Below, in pieces: positions 1 through 7,782 of a stretch of 24,000 bases of DNA (positions within the stretch are counted from its first letter, which is position 1; every line of letters starts with the position of its first letter). The stretch is from the NCBI GenBank assembly GCA_028823855.1, contig JAPPFL010000036.1, positions 22,342 to 46,341 of the forward strand, given 5' to 3'. Position numbers and translations under genes: made by a program. Source of the stretch: Albidovulum sp. GTDB taxonomy: Bacteria > Pseudomonadota > Alphaproteobacteria > Rhodobacterales > Rhodobacteraceae. Under the pieces are notes generated by a model. That model had not been told where the DNA came from. It saw nothing but the letters and a program-made list of their open reading frames with translations, and searched no databases.

Positions 1-252
1 GTCGTCGTCGTTTACGCTACTCTGCTTGTTCCTTCGATCATTCTGGTAGAAAGCTTCATATCGTTTCTGGGTCTGGGCGTTCAGGAACCCAACTCGTCTC
101 TCGGTTCTCTGATATCCGAGGGCGCCTCGACAATTATTTTCGGAACTTTATGGCAACTCGCGGCGCCAATGGGGTTCTTTCTAGCTCTGATCGTAAGCTT
201 GTATTTTATTGGAGACGGATTGCGCGACGCACTTGACCCAAGAGATTTTTGA
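1..252 (+). CDS. ABC peptide/nickel-type transporter permease, C-terminal fragment (DppC/OppC-like); 5' end lies outside the window
   Basis: Frame-1 translation is open from base 1 to TGA at 250-252. It reads VVVVYATLLVPSIILVESFISFLGLGVQEPNSSLGSLISEGASTIIFGTLWQLAAPMGFFLALIVSLYFIGDGLRDALDPRDF*. The hydrophobic segments and the GDGLRDALDPR tail are typical of Dpp/Opp inner-membrane components. The ORF track missed it because it has no in-window start. Confidence 0.85.
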   Translation, partial: VVVVYATLLVPSIILVESFISFLGLGVQEPNSSLGSLISEGASTIIFGTLWQLAAPMGFFLALIVSLYFIGDGLRDALDPRDF

Positions 253-720
253 CTTGGCTTCTCAAATAGATTCCCGTGAAAATTCGCAAGTTCGTCCTCG
301 CGGCGACAATTTAAGAAATTCAAACATCGTGGCAAAGGAGATCCATAGTTCGAATTGGCAACGGAGAGCTGTCCTCAAAAATCGCGCCGGAGACTCGGTG
401 CACGGATCAAACGCGAGGATGGCGCTTCAACCCTTGATCGCAACGCAGTTTCCGATTTTCCCGTCGCATGCGTCCGCGACCAACGAACAACCGCGCCTCA
501 AAGAATGGAAATAGTCGCGGCGCCTAGCCGGCTCAAATCCGCTCGCATGCATTTCGAAAGGCTAATTCGCTTTCGGCCGTTCAAATACTCGTCTCCAAAA
601 TTTGAATGCAGAAAAGGGCGGCAAATTAAAATTGAGCGCGTTGGAAGTCGCCGTGAAGAAGCTAGCTTTGTTCGCGAATGCGGCTTCCGCCTGCATTGCA
701 CGCCTCAAGGCGGAAAATAG

Positions 721-2520
721 ATGCCGATTCTGCGATTGCGAAATCTGTCGGTGCGGTTCGATACGGGCGATGGCTGCGTAGACGCCGTAAGGTCGCTGAA
801 CTTGGAAATTTCGGAGAGCGAATGCCTCGGCATTGTCGGCGAAAGCGGGTCGGGAAAGAGCCAGGCTTTTCTCGCCTGCATGGGGCTGCTTTCCGCCAAT
901 GGACAGGCGACGGGATCGGTGCAATTCGACGGCAAGGAGATTCTGAACGTACCGGAGAAGAGGATAAACAGCATTCGCGGCAACGAAGTGGGCATGATAT
1001 TCCAGGACCCGCTCACTTCCCTGACGCCGCATCTTCGAATCGGCGAGCAGATGGGAGAAGTGCTGAGAACCCATACTGGAATCGCGGGCGCCGAATCGAA
1101 AAAAATTTGCCTGGAGTGGCTTGACCGCGTTCGAATACCGGAAGCGACCGATCGCTATAATTTTTTCCCTCACCAGCTTTCCGGCGGAATGAGGCAGCGG
1201 GTCACAATTGCAATTGCGATGATTTGCCGCCCGCGCCTTCTTATAGCCGATGAACCGACAACCGCTCTCGATGCGAGCGTGCAAGCCGGAATCCTGGACT
1301 TGATGGCGGAAATCGGCGGATCCGAAGGAACGGCAATCGCCTTGATTACGCATGACATGGGAGTCGTGGCTCAAATGTGCGAGCGAATCGCGGTCATGCG
1401 AAAGGGCGAAATCATTGAACAGGGACCGCCCGAGGAAATATTCCTTTCGCCCAAGCGCGAATATACTTGCTCGCTGCTCGACGCCGTCCCGCGCTTCGAC
1501 AAGCCGAAAGAGCCCGCGTCTCGCCGCGCGTCAACCGCGAATCCCGTTCTTTCCGTTCACGATTTGAAAGTCCATTTTCCGGTCCGGCGAACAAACTCGC
1601 TGCTCGCGCGAAAAACGAAGCTGAAAGCCGTCGACGGAATCAGCTTCTCCGTTCAGCAGGGCGAAACCCTCGGAATCGTAGGTGAAAGCGGAAGCGGCAA
1701 ATCGACGCTTGCGAGATCCGTGCTGCAGCTCATCCATCCTTCGGCAGGAAGCGTTAGCTGGCTGGGAAGGGAGATTGCCGGGCTTAATAGGGGAAAGATG
1801 AAACCTTTCAGAAAGGACCTGCAGATCGTCTTCCAGGATCCCTACGCAAGCCTTGACCCGCGAATGACCTTGGGAGCGACCATCGGCGAGCCTATGAAGA
1901 TTTTCAAACCGGGGACGAACGCTAGGGAACGGCGGCGCGCAGTCTTGGCCATGATGGAAAAAGTAGGCCTCGAACCCGACTTGCTGAACCGCTATCCCCA
2001 CGAACTTTCGGGAGGGCAGAACCAGCGCGTCGGAATCGCCCGGGCAATGATCAACAATCCAAAGCTCGTAATTTGCGACGAAGCGGTCTCAGCGCTTGAC
2101 GTGTCCGTAAAACGGCAAATCGTCGACCTCTTGAAAGATTTGCAAGAGGAATTCGGTCTCGCCATGCTATTCATAAGTCACGATCTCGCGATCGTGCGGG
2201 AAATCGCGCATAGAATACTCGTACTGTTCAAGGGACGAGCCGTTGAGCTGGCCGATAGCGATTCAATTTGCGAAAGGCCCTTGCATCCCTACACGCGGTC
2301 CCTGATCGCTTCGATTCCGGTACCGGATCCCCGAATCCCCAGAGGACAGCCGGTTGATCGCTTCGCGGAAGACATGATTTCGGCGCAGGGCCCGCAAACG
2401 AGTCCGCGGATTCTTTTGCCTGAGAAAGAATCGCGCAAGAAACTGTCCGCCCCCAAGCTGATTGAACCGCTACCGGGGCATTTCGTGGAAGAATTCGGCT
2501 CGGATCCGGACTTTCGCTAG
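721..2520 (+). CDS. Fused double-NBD ABC transporter ATP-binding protein, peptide/nickel (DppD-DppF fusion, GsiA-like)
   Basis: 599-aa ORF with an SD-like aaggcgga just upstream. Two complete nucleotide-binding domains are present: Walker A GESGSGKSQ / GESGSGKST, signatures LSGGMRQR / LSGGQNQR, Walker B LLIADEPTTALD / LVICDEAVSALD, H-loops ITHDMG / ISHDLA. It also has the oligopeptide-type C-terminal HPYTRSLIASIP motif. Confidence 0.95.
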   Translation: MPILRLRNLSVRFDTGDGCVDAVRSLNLEISESECLGIVGESGSGKSQAFLACMGLLSANGQATGSVQFDGKEILNVPEKRINSIRGNEVGMIFQDPLTSLTPHLRIGEQMGEVLRTHTGIAGAESKKICLEWLDRVRIPEATDRYNFFPHQLSGGMRQRVTIAIAMICRPRLLIADEPTTALDASVQAGILDLMAEIGGSEGTAIALITHDMGVVAQMCERIAVMRKGEIIEQGPPEEIFLSPKREYTCSLLDAVPRFDKPKEPASRRASTANPVLSVHDLKVHFPVRRTNSLLARKTKLKAVDGISFSVQQGETLGIVGESGSGKSTLARSVLQLIHPSAGSVSWLGREIAGLNRGKMKPFRKDLQIVFQDPYASLDPRMTLGATIGEPMKIFKPGTNARERRRAVLAMMEKVGLEPDLLNRYPHELSGGQNQRVGIARAMINNPKLVICDEAVSALDVSVKRQIVDLLKDLQEEFGLAMLFISHDLAIVREIAHRILVLFKGRAVELADSDSICERPLHPYTRSLIASIPVPDPRIPRGQPVDRFAEDMISAQGPQTSPRILLPEKESRKKLSAPKLIEPLPGHFVEEFGSDPDFR

Positions 2521-2652
2521 CGGCGAACCGCAATTGCCGAAAACGTTTTTTTGGAGTGAGCCGAGAGTTTTGATTTGGTGCTGTCGTTCGCGCAATGTAT
2601 TGAGGACCGTAATTCACAACGAACGTCGGGAGCGCGACACACCTTTATTCTC

Positions 2653-2703
2653 GTTCGGCCGAGGCGCTCTACTTTTCCGTTAGGTTCGATGGCTCGGCCG
2701 AAC
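2653..2703. repeat. Perfect 11-bp inverted repeat (GTTCGGCCGAG ... CTCGGCCGAAC) with a 29-nt spacer in an intergenic region
   Basis: Read directly: 2653-2663 gttcggccgag and 2693-2703 ctcggccgaac are exact reverse complements. No T-run follows. It lies 133 nt downstream of the ABC ATPase stop codon. Confidence 0.4.
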
Positions 2704-2945
2704 TGTTCGAATCGCCAGAATGCGGTTTGGCGACCGGCCATTCGCAAATGCCGACCGTAGCGGTTTTGTAGACGCAGAATTCGGTGCATTGCCTAGGCGC
2801 TTGATTTCGGCTCACTTCGAGGAAGTTCTGCTGTCGCAAATCTTTTCAATACGTTCAAATTCCCGCGCATCGGATGTCGACTCGAGACGAAACGCGCATA
2901 AATCTCGCCCGACGGTTGAAAATCGAAAACTCAATCCAAAAAAAT

Positions 2946-2974
2946 TTGACGAGGCTGGAAAAACGCGATTTAAT
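2946..2974 (+). promoter_or_regulatory. Candidate sigma70-type promoter of the ROK-led operon (TTGACG-17 nt-TTTAAT)
   Basis: The -35 TTGACG is at 2946-2951, followed by an exact 17-nt spacer and the -10 TTTAAT at 2969-2974. It sits about 30 nt upstream of ATG 3004. This is a motif match only. Confidence 0.35.
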
Positions 2975-2992
2975 TAAGAAAGTTCATTAAAT
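2968..2992. promoter_or_regulatory. AT-rich inverted repeat ATTTAAT-N11-ATTAAAT overlapping the candidate -10 element; possible operator for the ROK regulator
   Basis: 2968-2974 atttaat and 2986-2992 attaaat are exact reverse complements. The position over the -10/start-site region and the AT-rich arms separated by about one helical turn resemble NagC/Mlc-type operators. This is an analogy, not a match to a known consensus. Confidence 0.3.
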
Positions 2993-3003
2993 TAATATGA
3001 CTC

Positions 3004-4221
3004 ATGGATGCAGGACCTGAAATCTCCCGACGAATGTCCAAAAGCGCAGTCGCGCAAACAGTGCTGCACAACGGACCGATATCGCGTTCAGCAATCGCTA
3101 GGCATACCGGCCTGTCGCAGCCGACGATCGGCGAAATCGTGCGCGAGTTTGAAGGGCGCGGCTGGATTCGCGAAGCCGGGCGAACGAGCGGGCATATTGG
3201 CCGCAGCGCCGCGACCTACGAGATTATTCCGAACTCGGCTTGCTTGTTCGCCGCCGACATCGGCGGAACCCGGGCAAGAGCGGTTGTGGTCAACATAGTT
3301 GGGCAATTTCTAGCGGAAATCGATGAAAAGACTGACAAAAGAGGCGGGAACCATGTCATCGAGCAGATGGCGCGCATGTGCGGAAAGGCAAAGGAAATCG
3401 CGGGGATAGCTTCCGGAAGCATGCGGCTTGCCGTGATCGGCGTCCCCGGCGTGCCGGACGAAGACACGGGCGGCGTCAGTCTATCGCCCAATATTCCGGG
3501 AATCGACATGATCGATTTGAAATCGGCCATGTCCGAAAAAATCGGCACCGGCGTGATTTTGGAGAACGACGTCAACCTCGCAGTACAAGGCGAACACTGG
3601 ACCGGCAAGGGAAAGGGCATCGGTGAACTGGTTTTCATAAATCTTGGAACCGGAGTGGGCTCCGGGATCATGATCGGCGGAAAGCTGGTCCGGGGAAACG
3701 ACAGCGCTGCGGGCGAACTCGCCTATCTGCCGATGGGCGCAGACCCATTCGAAATTGAATCCCTGCGTGCCGGAGCGTTCGAACGCCGGGTGGGAACGTG
3801 CGGAATCCGCCAGAGGTTTCTCGCTTTGTCCGGCCGCGATCTGGAGGTGCCGGAAATTTTCGACAGGGCGCTGGCCGGCGATGCGAACGCAAAGACCGTA
3901 ATCGATGAAACGGCACTCTACCTTACGCGCGCAGTAGCCGCCGTTTCCGCGGTAGTAGCGCCGAAAATGGTCATCCTCGGCGGTTCAATCGGCCTTCGTC
4001 GCGAACTTGCGGAAAAAGTCCGATCCCTTTTCCCTAAGTGCTTTCCCAATCCGGTTGCCATTGAAAGATCGGCTCTAGGCGCGCGAGCGGCGCTCGCGGG
4101 AGGCGCGGCGGTCGGTCTGACGCACCTGCACGCAACCCTGTTTTCGGGACGATTGCCGGCGTCGGAAGTGCTGCCGCCAGCGTGCATCGAAGTCAGCTTG
4201 CTGGGATCCGAAGAAAAATGA
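3004..4221 (+). CDS. ROK-family transcriptional regulator (NagC/XylR-like; N-terminal wHTH plus sugar-kinase-like domain)
   Basis: 405-aa ORF, with an alternative ATG at 3034. The N-terminal wHTH reads ISRSAIARHTGLSQPTIGEIVREFEGRGWI. ROK fold motifs present are AADIGGTRAR and INLGTGVGSGIMIGGKLVRGNDSAAGE. The stop codon overlaps the next gene's start (ATGA at 4218-4221). Confidence 0.85.
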   Translation: MDAGPEISRRMSKSAVAQTVLHNGPISRSAIARHTGLSQPTIGEIVREFEGRGWIREAGRTSGHIGRSAATYEIIPNSACLFAADIGGTRARAVVVNIVGQFLAEIDEKTDKRGGNHVIEQMARMCGKAKEIAGIASGSMRLAVIGVPGVPDEDTGGVSLSPNIPGIDMIDLKSAMSEKIGTGVILENDVNLAVQGEHWTGKGKGIGELVFINLGTGVGSGIMIGGKLVRGNDSAAGELAYLPMGADPFEIESLRAGAFERRVGTCGIRQRFLALSGRDLEVPEIFDRALAGDANAKTVIDETALYLTRAVAAVSAVVAPKMVILGGSIGLRRELAEKVRSLFPKCFPNPVAIERSALGARAALAGGAAVGLTHLHATLFSGRLPASEVLPPACIEVSLLGSEEK

Positions 4222-5495
4222 GCTCCGATACGCGATTGCAGGCCGAATTCCACGAACTGCTGGACGAGAAGCAATCACTGGAACTGCTCCGCGAAGCGAT
4301 CAAGCGCGAAAGCATAACCGGAAATGAGTCGGCCTTTGTCCGCTGGCTAGAAGAACAGATGGTATCGTTGAGCCTGGATCCTAGGAAGGCAGAATTCGCG
4401 CCCGGCCGTTCAAACATCTGGGGCCTGCGGGAAGGCAACGGCGACGGACCCAGGCTTCTGTTCACCGGTCATACGGATACGGTTCACGTGCGGGGTTGGC
4501 GCCAGCGATGGGCCGGAACCGAGCGCGAGAACCCATTCGGCGCCGCAGTTGAAGGAGGCGAGGTTTGGGGAAGGGGCGCGGCAGACTTAAAGGGAGGAAT
4601 TTGCGCGTGCATCTCGGCTTTGCGCCTGCTGGACGCGGCCGGAATTCAGCTTGCCGGCGATATCGAATTCGCATTCGTCGGCGACGAAGAGAGCGGGGAG
4701 CCCGGCACAGGCGTAAGCGCCGGCATGCGCAAATTTACGGAAGACGTTCTCGATGGCGAAATCGCCAAGCCGGATTTCGCGATATATGTCGAACCGACAA
4801 GAATGTCGGTCTTTACCGCGCAAATCGGCTTTTTTATCGCGGACGTGCGCATCAAGGGCCGAACCGCCTATTTCGGATTCCCCGAAAAGGGCGTGGATGC
4901 CGTCAAGGCCCTGTACAACGCATTGGGGGAAATTTGGAATCATTCTGCGGAAATCGGCCGACGCGGCCGCCACGAATTGCTCGGGGAATCCTTCGCGCTG
5001 GTGACCGAGGTTTCGGGCGGCGGTTACATCGCCGTACCTGGGGAAGCCAGCTGTACCGTAATCCGGAAGCTTCGCCCGGGCGAATCTATCGACGCGGCAG
5101 TTTCCGAATTTGAAGCAATCGTCCTGAATGCGTTCGAAGGCTGCGAAGTGGCAGTCGAAATCTCTTTTCCGGCCGGCCGCGACCATCCCAAGGGAGGCTC
5201 CCCGGTCGAAATCGACTCGAATATATCTCCGGTTGCCATGCTGCGCAGCTCGCTTGCCATCGCCAAATCCGGCACGGGCGCAATCGAAGGCGCGCCATTC
5301 TGGTCGGAAGCATCGTTCCTGATCAATCGCCTGAATTGTCCGGCGGTGTACTGCGCCCCTGGCGACATAGCCAATTGCCACACCCTCGAAGAAAGAATCA
5401 GCATCGCGGAATACCACGCCTGCACGATCGCCTTTGCCCTGTTCATGACCGCCTACTGCGGCGTGGCGGGAAATTCGCGAAAACCATCCCAATGA
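4218..5495 (+). CDS. M20-family metallo-amidohydrolase (ArgE/DapE/ACY1/CPG2-type deacylase or peptidase)
   Basis: 425 aa counted from ATG 4218 (MSSDTRLQ...). The track ORF starts 36 nt earlier, inside the ROK gene. M20 motifs are intact: GHTDTV, GRGAADLKGG, GDEESGE and a C-terminal CHTLEERI. Confidence 0.85.
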   Translation: MSSDTRLQAEFHELLDEKQSLELLREAIKRESITGNESAFVRWLEEQMVSLSLDPRKAEFAPGRSNIWGLREGNGDGPRLLFTGHTDTVHVRGWRQRWAGTERENPFGAAVEGGEVWGRGAADLKGGICACISALRLLDAAGIQLAGDIEFAFVGDEESGEPGTGVSAGMRKFTEDVLDGEIAKPDFAIYVEPTRMSVFTAQIGFFIADVRIKGRTAYFGFPEKGVDAVKALYNALGEIWNHSAEIGRRGRHELLGESFALVTEVSGGGYIAVPGEASCTVIRKLRPGESIDAAVSEFEAIVLNAFEGCEVAVEISFPAGRDHPKGGSPVEIDSNISPVAMLRSSLAIAKSGTGAIEGAPFWSEASFLINRLNCPAVYCAPGDIANCHTLEERISIAEYHACTIAFALFMTAYCGVAGNSRKPSQ

Positions 5496-5509
5496 ATGGA
5501 GGATATATC

Positions 5510-6568
5510 ATGTATGCTAAACTACTGATTGCTACGGCAACGACCGTCGTTCTTGGAGCCGTAGGTGCCGCATTTTCCCAAACCGTCGGTCCGCAAGGCG
5601 AATCCGCCACGCCGTCTTCGTCGATTACGGTTTCCGACGAAATGGCCGAATCATTGAGGGCGGGCGGCTATACGGCTGCATTGCTGTGGCACGATCAATC
5701 CGATTTCGTAAACGCGGTCACGTCCGGAGCCAGCGACGAATTCGCAAGACTCGGCATAGAAGTCGTTGCAACTGCCAACGCCGCATTCGATGTGGCAAAA
5801 CAGCGAAACGATATCGAAACGGCCCTTGCGAAAGAACCCGATATCATTTTGTCTCTTCCGCTTGATCCGGTGTCGTCGGCCGCTGCATTTGCGCCCGCGA
5901 GGGAGGCAGGCGTAAAACTCGTGTTTCTTTCAAACTTGCCGCAGGATTTCGCTCATCCCGCCGACTATGCCGCGATTGTTACGGACGATCTTTTCCAAAT
6001 GGGCAAGCAGGCTGCCGATGCGCTCGCCGACGCTATAGGAGGCGAAGGCGAAGTCGGATGGATTTTCCATGACGCCAACTACTACGTCACGAACCAACGC
6101 GACAACTCCTTCAAGTCCACGATCGAAAACGACTATCCGAATATTTCGATCACCTCGGAGCAAGGCATCAGTGATCCGGCAAGGGCCGAAGATATTGCGA
6201 ACGCCATGATGCTGAAGAACCCCGGATTGGACGGAATATACGTCACTTGGGCAGGACCGGCCGAAGGCGTACTGGCGGTTCTACGCGCAAACGGCAACAC
6301 TACGACAAAAATCGTTACGCTCGATCTGTCGGAGCCGATCGCGCTCGATATGGTTAAGGGCGGAAACGTGGCCGCCATAGTTGCCGACGAAGCCTACGAG
6401 CTCGGGCGCGCTATGGCGGCGGTCGGTGCGCGAGCTCTTGCCGGAGCGGAATCTCCGCCGTTCGTCGTAGCCCCGGCAATAACCGTGACTGCCGACAACA
6501 TTTCCGCAGGCTGGATGCAGTCATTGCATCGCGATGCCCCGGAAAGCGTCTTGGAGGCCGCCAACTGA
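5510..6568 (+). CDS. Periplasmic sugar-binding protein of a CUT2-type ABC transporter (RbsB-like, type I PBP)
   Basis: A GGAGGA SD (5498-5503) lies 6 nt before ATG 5510. The N-terminus MYAKLLIATATTVVLGAVGAAFSQ is signal-peptide-like. The remainder resembles ribose/monosaccharide-binding proteins. An alternative ATG at 5492 overlaps the upstream stop. The track ORF start at 5336 lies inside the M20 gene. Confidence 0.85.
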   Translation: MYAKLLIATATTVVLGAVGAAFSQTVGPQGESATPSSSITVSDEMAESLRAGGYTAALLWHDQSDFVNAVTSGASDEFARLGIEVVATANAAFDVAKQRNDIETALAKEPDIILSLPLDPVSSAAAFAPAREAGVKLVFLSNLPQDFAHPADYAAIVTDDLFQMGKQAADALADAIGGEGEVGWIFHDANYYVTNQRDNSFKSTIENDYPNISITSEQGISDPARAEDIANAMMLKNPGLDGIYVTWAGPAEGVLAVLRANGNTTTKIVTLDLSEPIALDMVKGGNVAAIVADEAYELGRAMAAVGARALAGAESPPFVVAPAITVTADNISAGWMQSLHRDAPESVLEAAN

Positions 6569-6580
6569 ATTTTCACTATC

Positions 6581-6610
6581 CAGGTTCGGCGATAATTCTC
6601 GCCGAACCTG
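6581..6610 (+). terminator. Intercistronic 12-bp perfect stem-loop 13 nt after the binding-protein stop (possible attenuating terminator or mRNA stabiliser)
   Basis: 6581-6592 caggttcggcga pairs perfectly with 6599-6610 tcgccgaacctg, with a 6-nt loop taattc. No U-tract follows, so this is not a canonical intrinsic terminator. Confidence 0.5.
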
Positions 6611-6817
6611 CGCCGCCGAGTCGTTTGCGCGCCAAAATTGCCTGGATCAGTTGAATTGTCGGTGGCGACGCGCAGCGCCGGCACCTGCGAAGGGACAAAA
6701 AAATAATTTGCCGGACGCTTCCATTGGCGGCTACCGTTCCTGAGCCATCCAGTAACCGCGCGAAACGCCGCGGCGGATTAAGTCTCTAGGACGGAAAGAG
6801 GATTCAACGCTGCAGCA

Positions 6818-7771
6818 ATGAATGCTATCGGAAAATTTTTGCGCACCTTCGACATGCAGGGCAGCATTGTGTTTCTCGGGTTCGTCGCAATTTTTTTGTT
6901 TTTTGCGATCGTGCTTTACGATGACGGGTTTTTGACTACTCGGAATCTATCCAACATCGTCCTCCAGACCGCTCCGACGACGGTAATGGCGGTTGGATTG
7001 GTGTTCGTGCTTTCAGCCGGCGAAATCGATCTGTCTTTTGGTTCCATTACAGCCGTTTCCGCGATTGTCGCGGCGTTCGCGCTTAGGGAGCACTCCGCCG
7101 TTGCAGGCGCTTGCGCCGGCATCGGTGCGGGACTGGCGATCGGAGCGATAAACGGAACGCTTGTCGCGTACCTGAAACTTCCCTCCTTTCTCGTAACCTT
7201 GGCCACGTTGGGTTTGTTCGCGGGCGTCGCGCGATCAATCACGAACTTGCAGTCAATTCCCGTCTTAAACGATTTTTTTGTGGGATTCTTTGGATCTGGA
7301 GCCATTTCGGGAATTCCGTCTCTAGTAATCTGGACGGTAGTTGCGGTCGCCGTCGGGCATCTGGTTTTTCGGGAAACGCGATTTGGAGCGCATGTTGTAG
7401 CTACGGGCGACGACGCTCAAGCTTCTTTGGTTTCCGGCATCAGAGTGAAACGCATCAGATTTTTGGTCCTGACGATCTGCGGCGGATGCGCCGGTTTGGC
7501 GGGCTTGCTTTACGCCGGTCGGCTGCAAGCCGCAAAATATACGCTCGGCGAGTCGGATTTGATGACCGTCATCGCAGCGGTAATCGTTGGCGGAACAGCG
7601 TTATTTGGCGGGCGCGGGTCAGTCGTCGGCGCCTGTGTCGGGTCGCTTCTAATGGGTATGCTAAACAACGGCCTTATTCTTATGGGACTGCCGGTATCAG
7701 ATCAAATGATCGTCAGGGGACTGATCATTCTGGTTGCGGTAGCCATCTCTCTTCGGCAAACGGAAAGATAA
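6818..7771 (+). CDS. CUT2-type sugar ABC transporter permease (RbsC/AraH-like)
   Basis: 317-aa highly hydrophobic ORF. It has the N-terminal FLTTRNLSNIVLQTAPTTVMAVGLVFVLSAGEIDLSFGS motif characteristic of ribose-type permeases, and ends at TAA 7769-7771. Confidence 0.9.
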   Translation: MNAIGKFLRTFDMQGSIVFLGFVAIFLFFAIVLYDDGFLTTRNLSNIVLQTAPTTVMAVGLVFVLSAGEIDLSFGSITAVSAIVAAFALREHSAVAGACAGIGAGLAIGAINGTLVAYLKLPSFLVTLATLGLFAGVARSITNLQSIPVLNDFFVGFFGSGAISGIPSLVIWTVVAVAVGHLVFRETRFGAHVVATGDDAQASLVSGIRVKRIRFLVLTICGGCAGLAGLLYAGRLQAAKYTLGESDLMTVIAAVIVGGTALFGGRGSVVGACVGSLLMGMLNNGLILMGLPVSDQMIVRGLIILVAVAISLRQTER

Positions 7772-7782
7772 GGAATCCCGCG

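Noticed and set aside
466-550. Inverted repeat GCATGCG / CGCATGC in the 468-bp gap
   Set aside because: Both arms are essentially the self-complementary SphI hexamer GCATGC occurring twice. That is not evidence of a specific long-range stem.
562-1374. 270-aa minus-strand ORF overlapping the gap and the 5' part of the ABC ATPase gene
   Set aside because: It is antisense to a gene with unambiguous Walker/signature motifs. The sequence is Arg/Ala/Ser-rich and low in complexity, with no motifs or RBS. Long antisense open frames are expected at this GC content.
2517-2977. Small ORFs (90 aa minus strand, 85 aa and 61 aa plus strand) in the 483-bp intergenic region
   Set aside because: They have no SD sequences and are Arg/Ser-rich. 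They overlap each other and the perfect palindrome. This was treated as non-coding regulatory spacer.
4587-5492. 301-aa minus-strand ORF
   Set aside because: It is fully antisense to the M20 hydrolase gene, which has intact family motifs. It has no motifs of its own.
7111-7782. N-terminal 224 codons of the 626-aa track ORF
   Set aside because: It is an out-of-frame overlap with the permease gene and gives Arg-rich nonsense. The recognisable YhfX-like sequence begins at ATG 7783, 11 nt after the permease stop.
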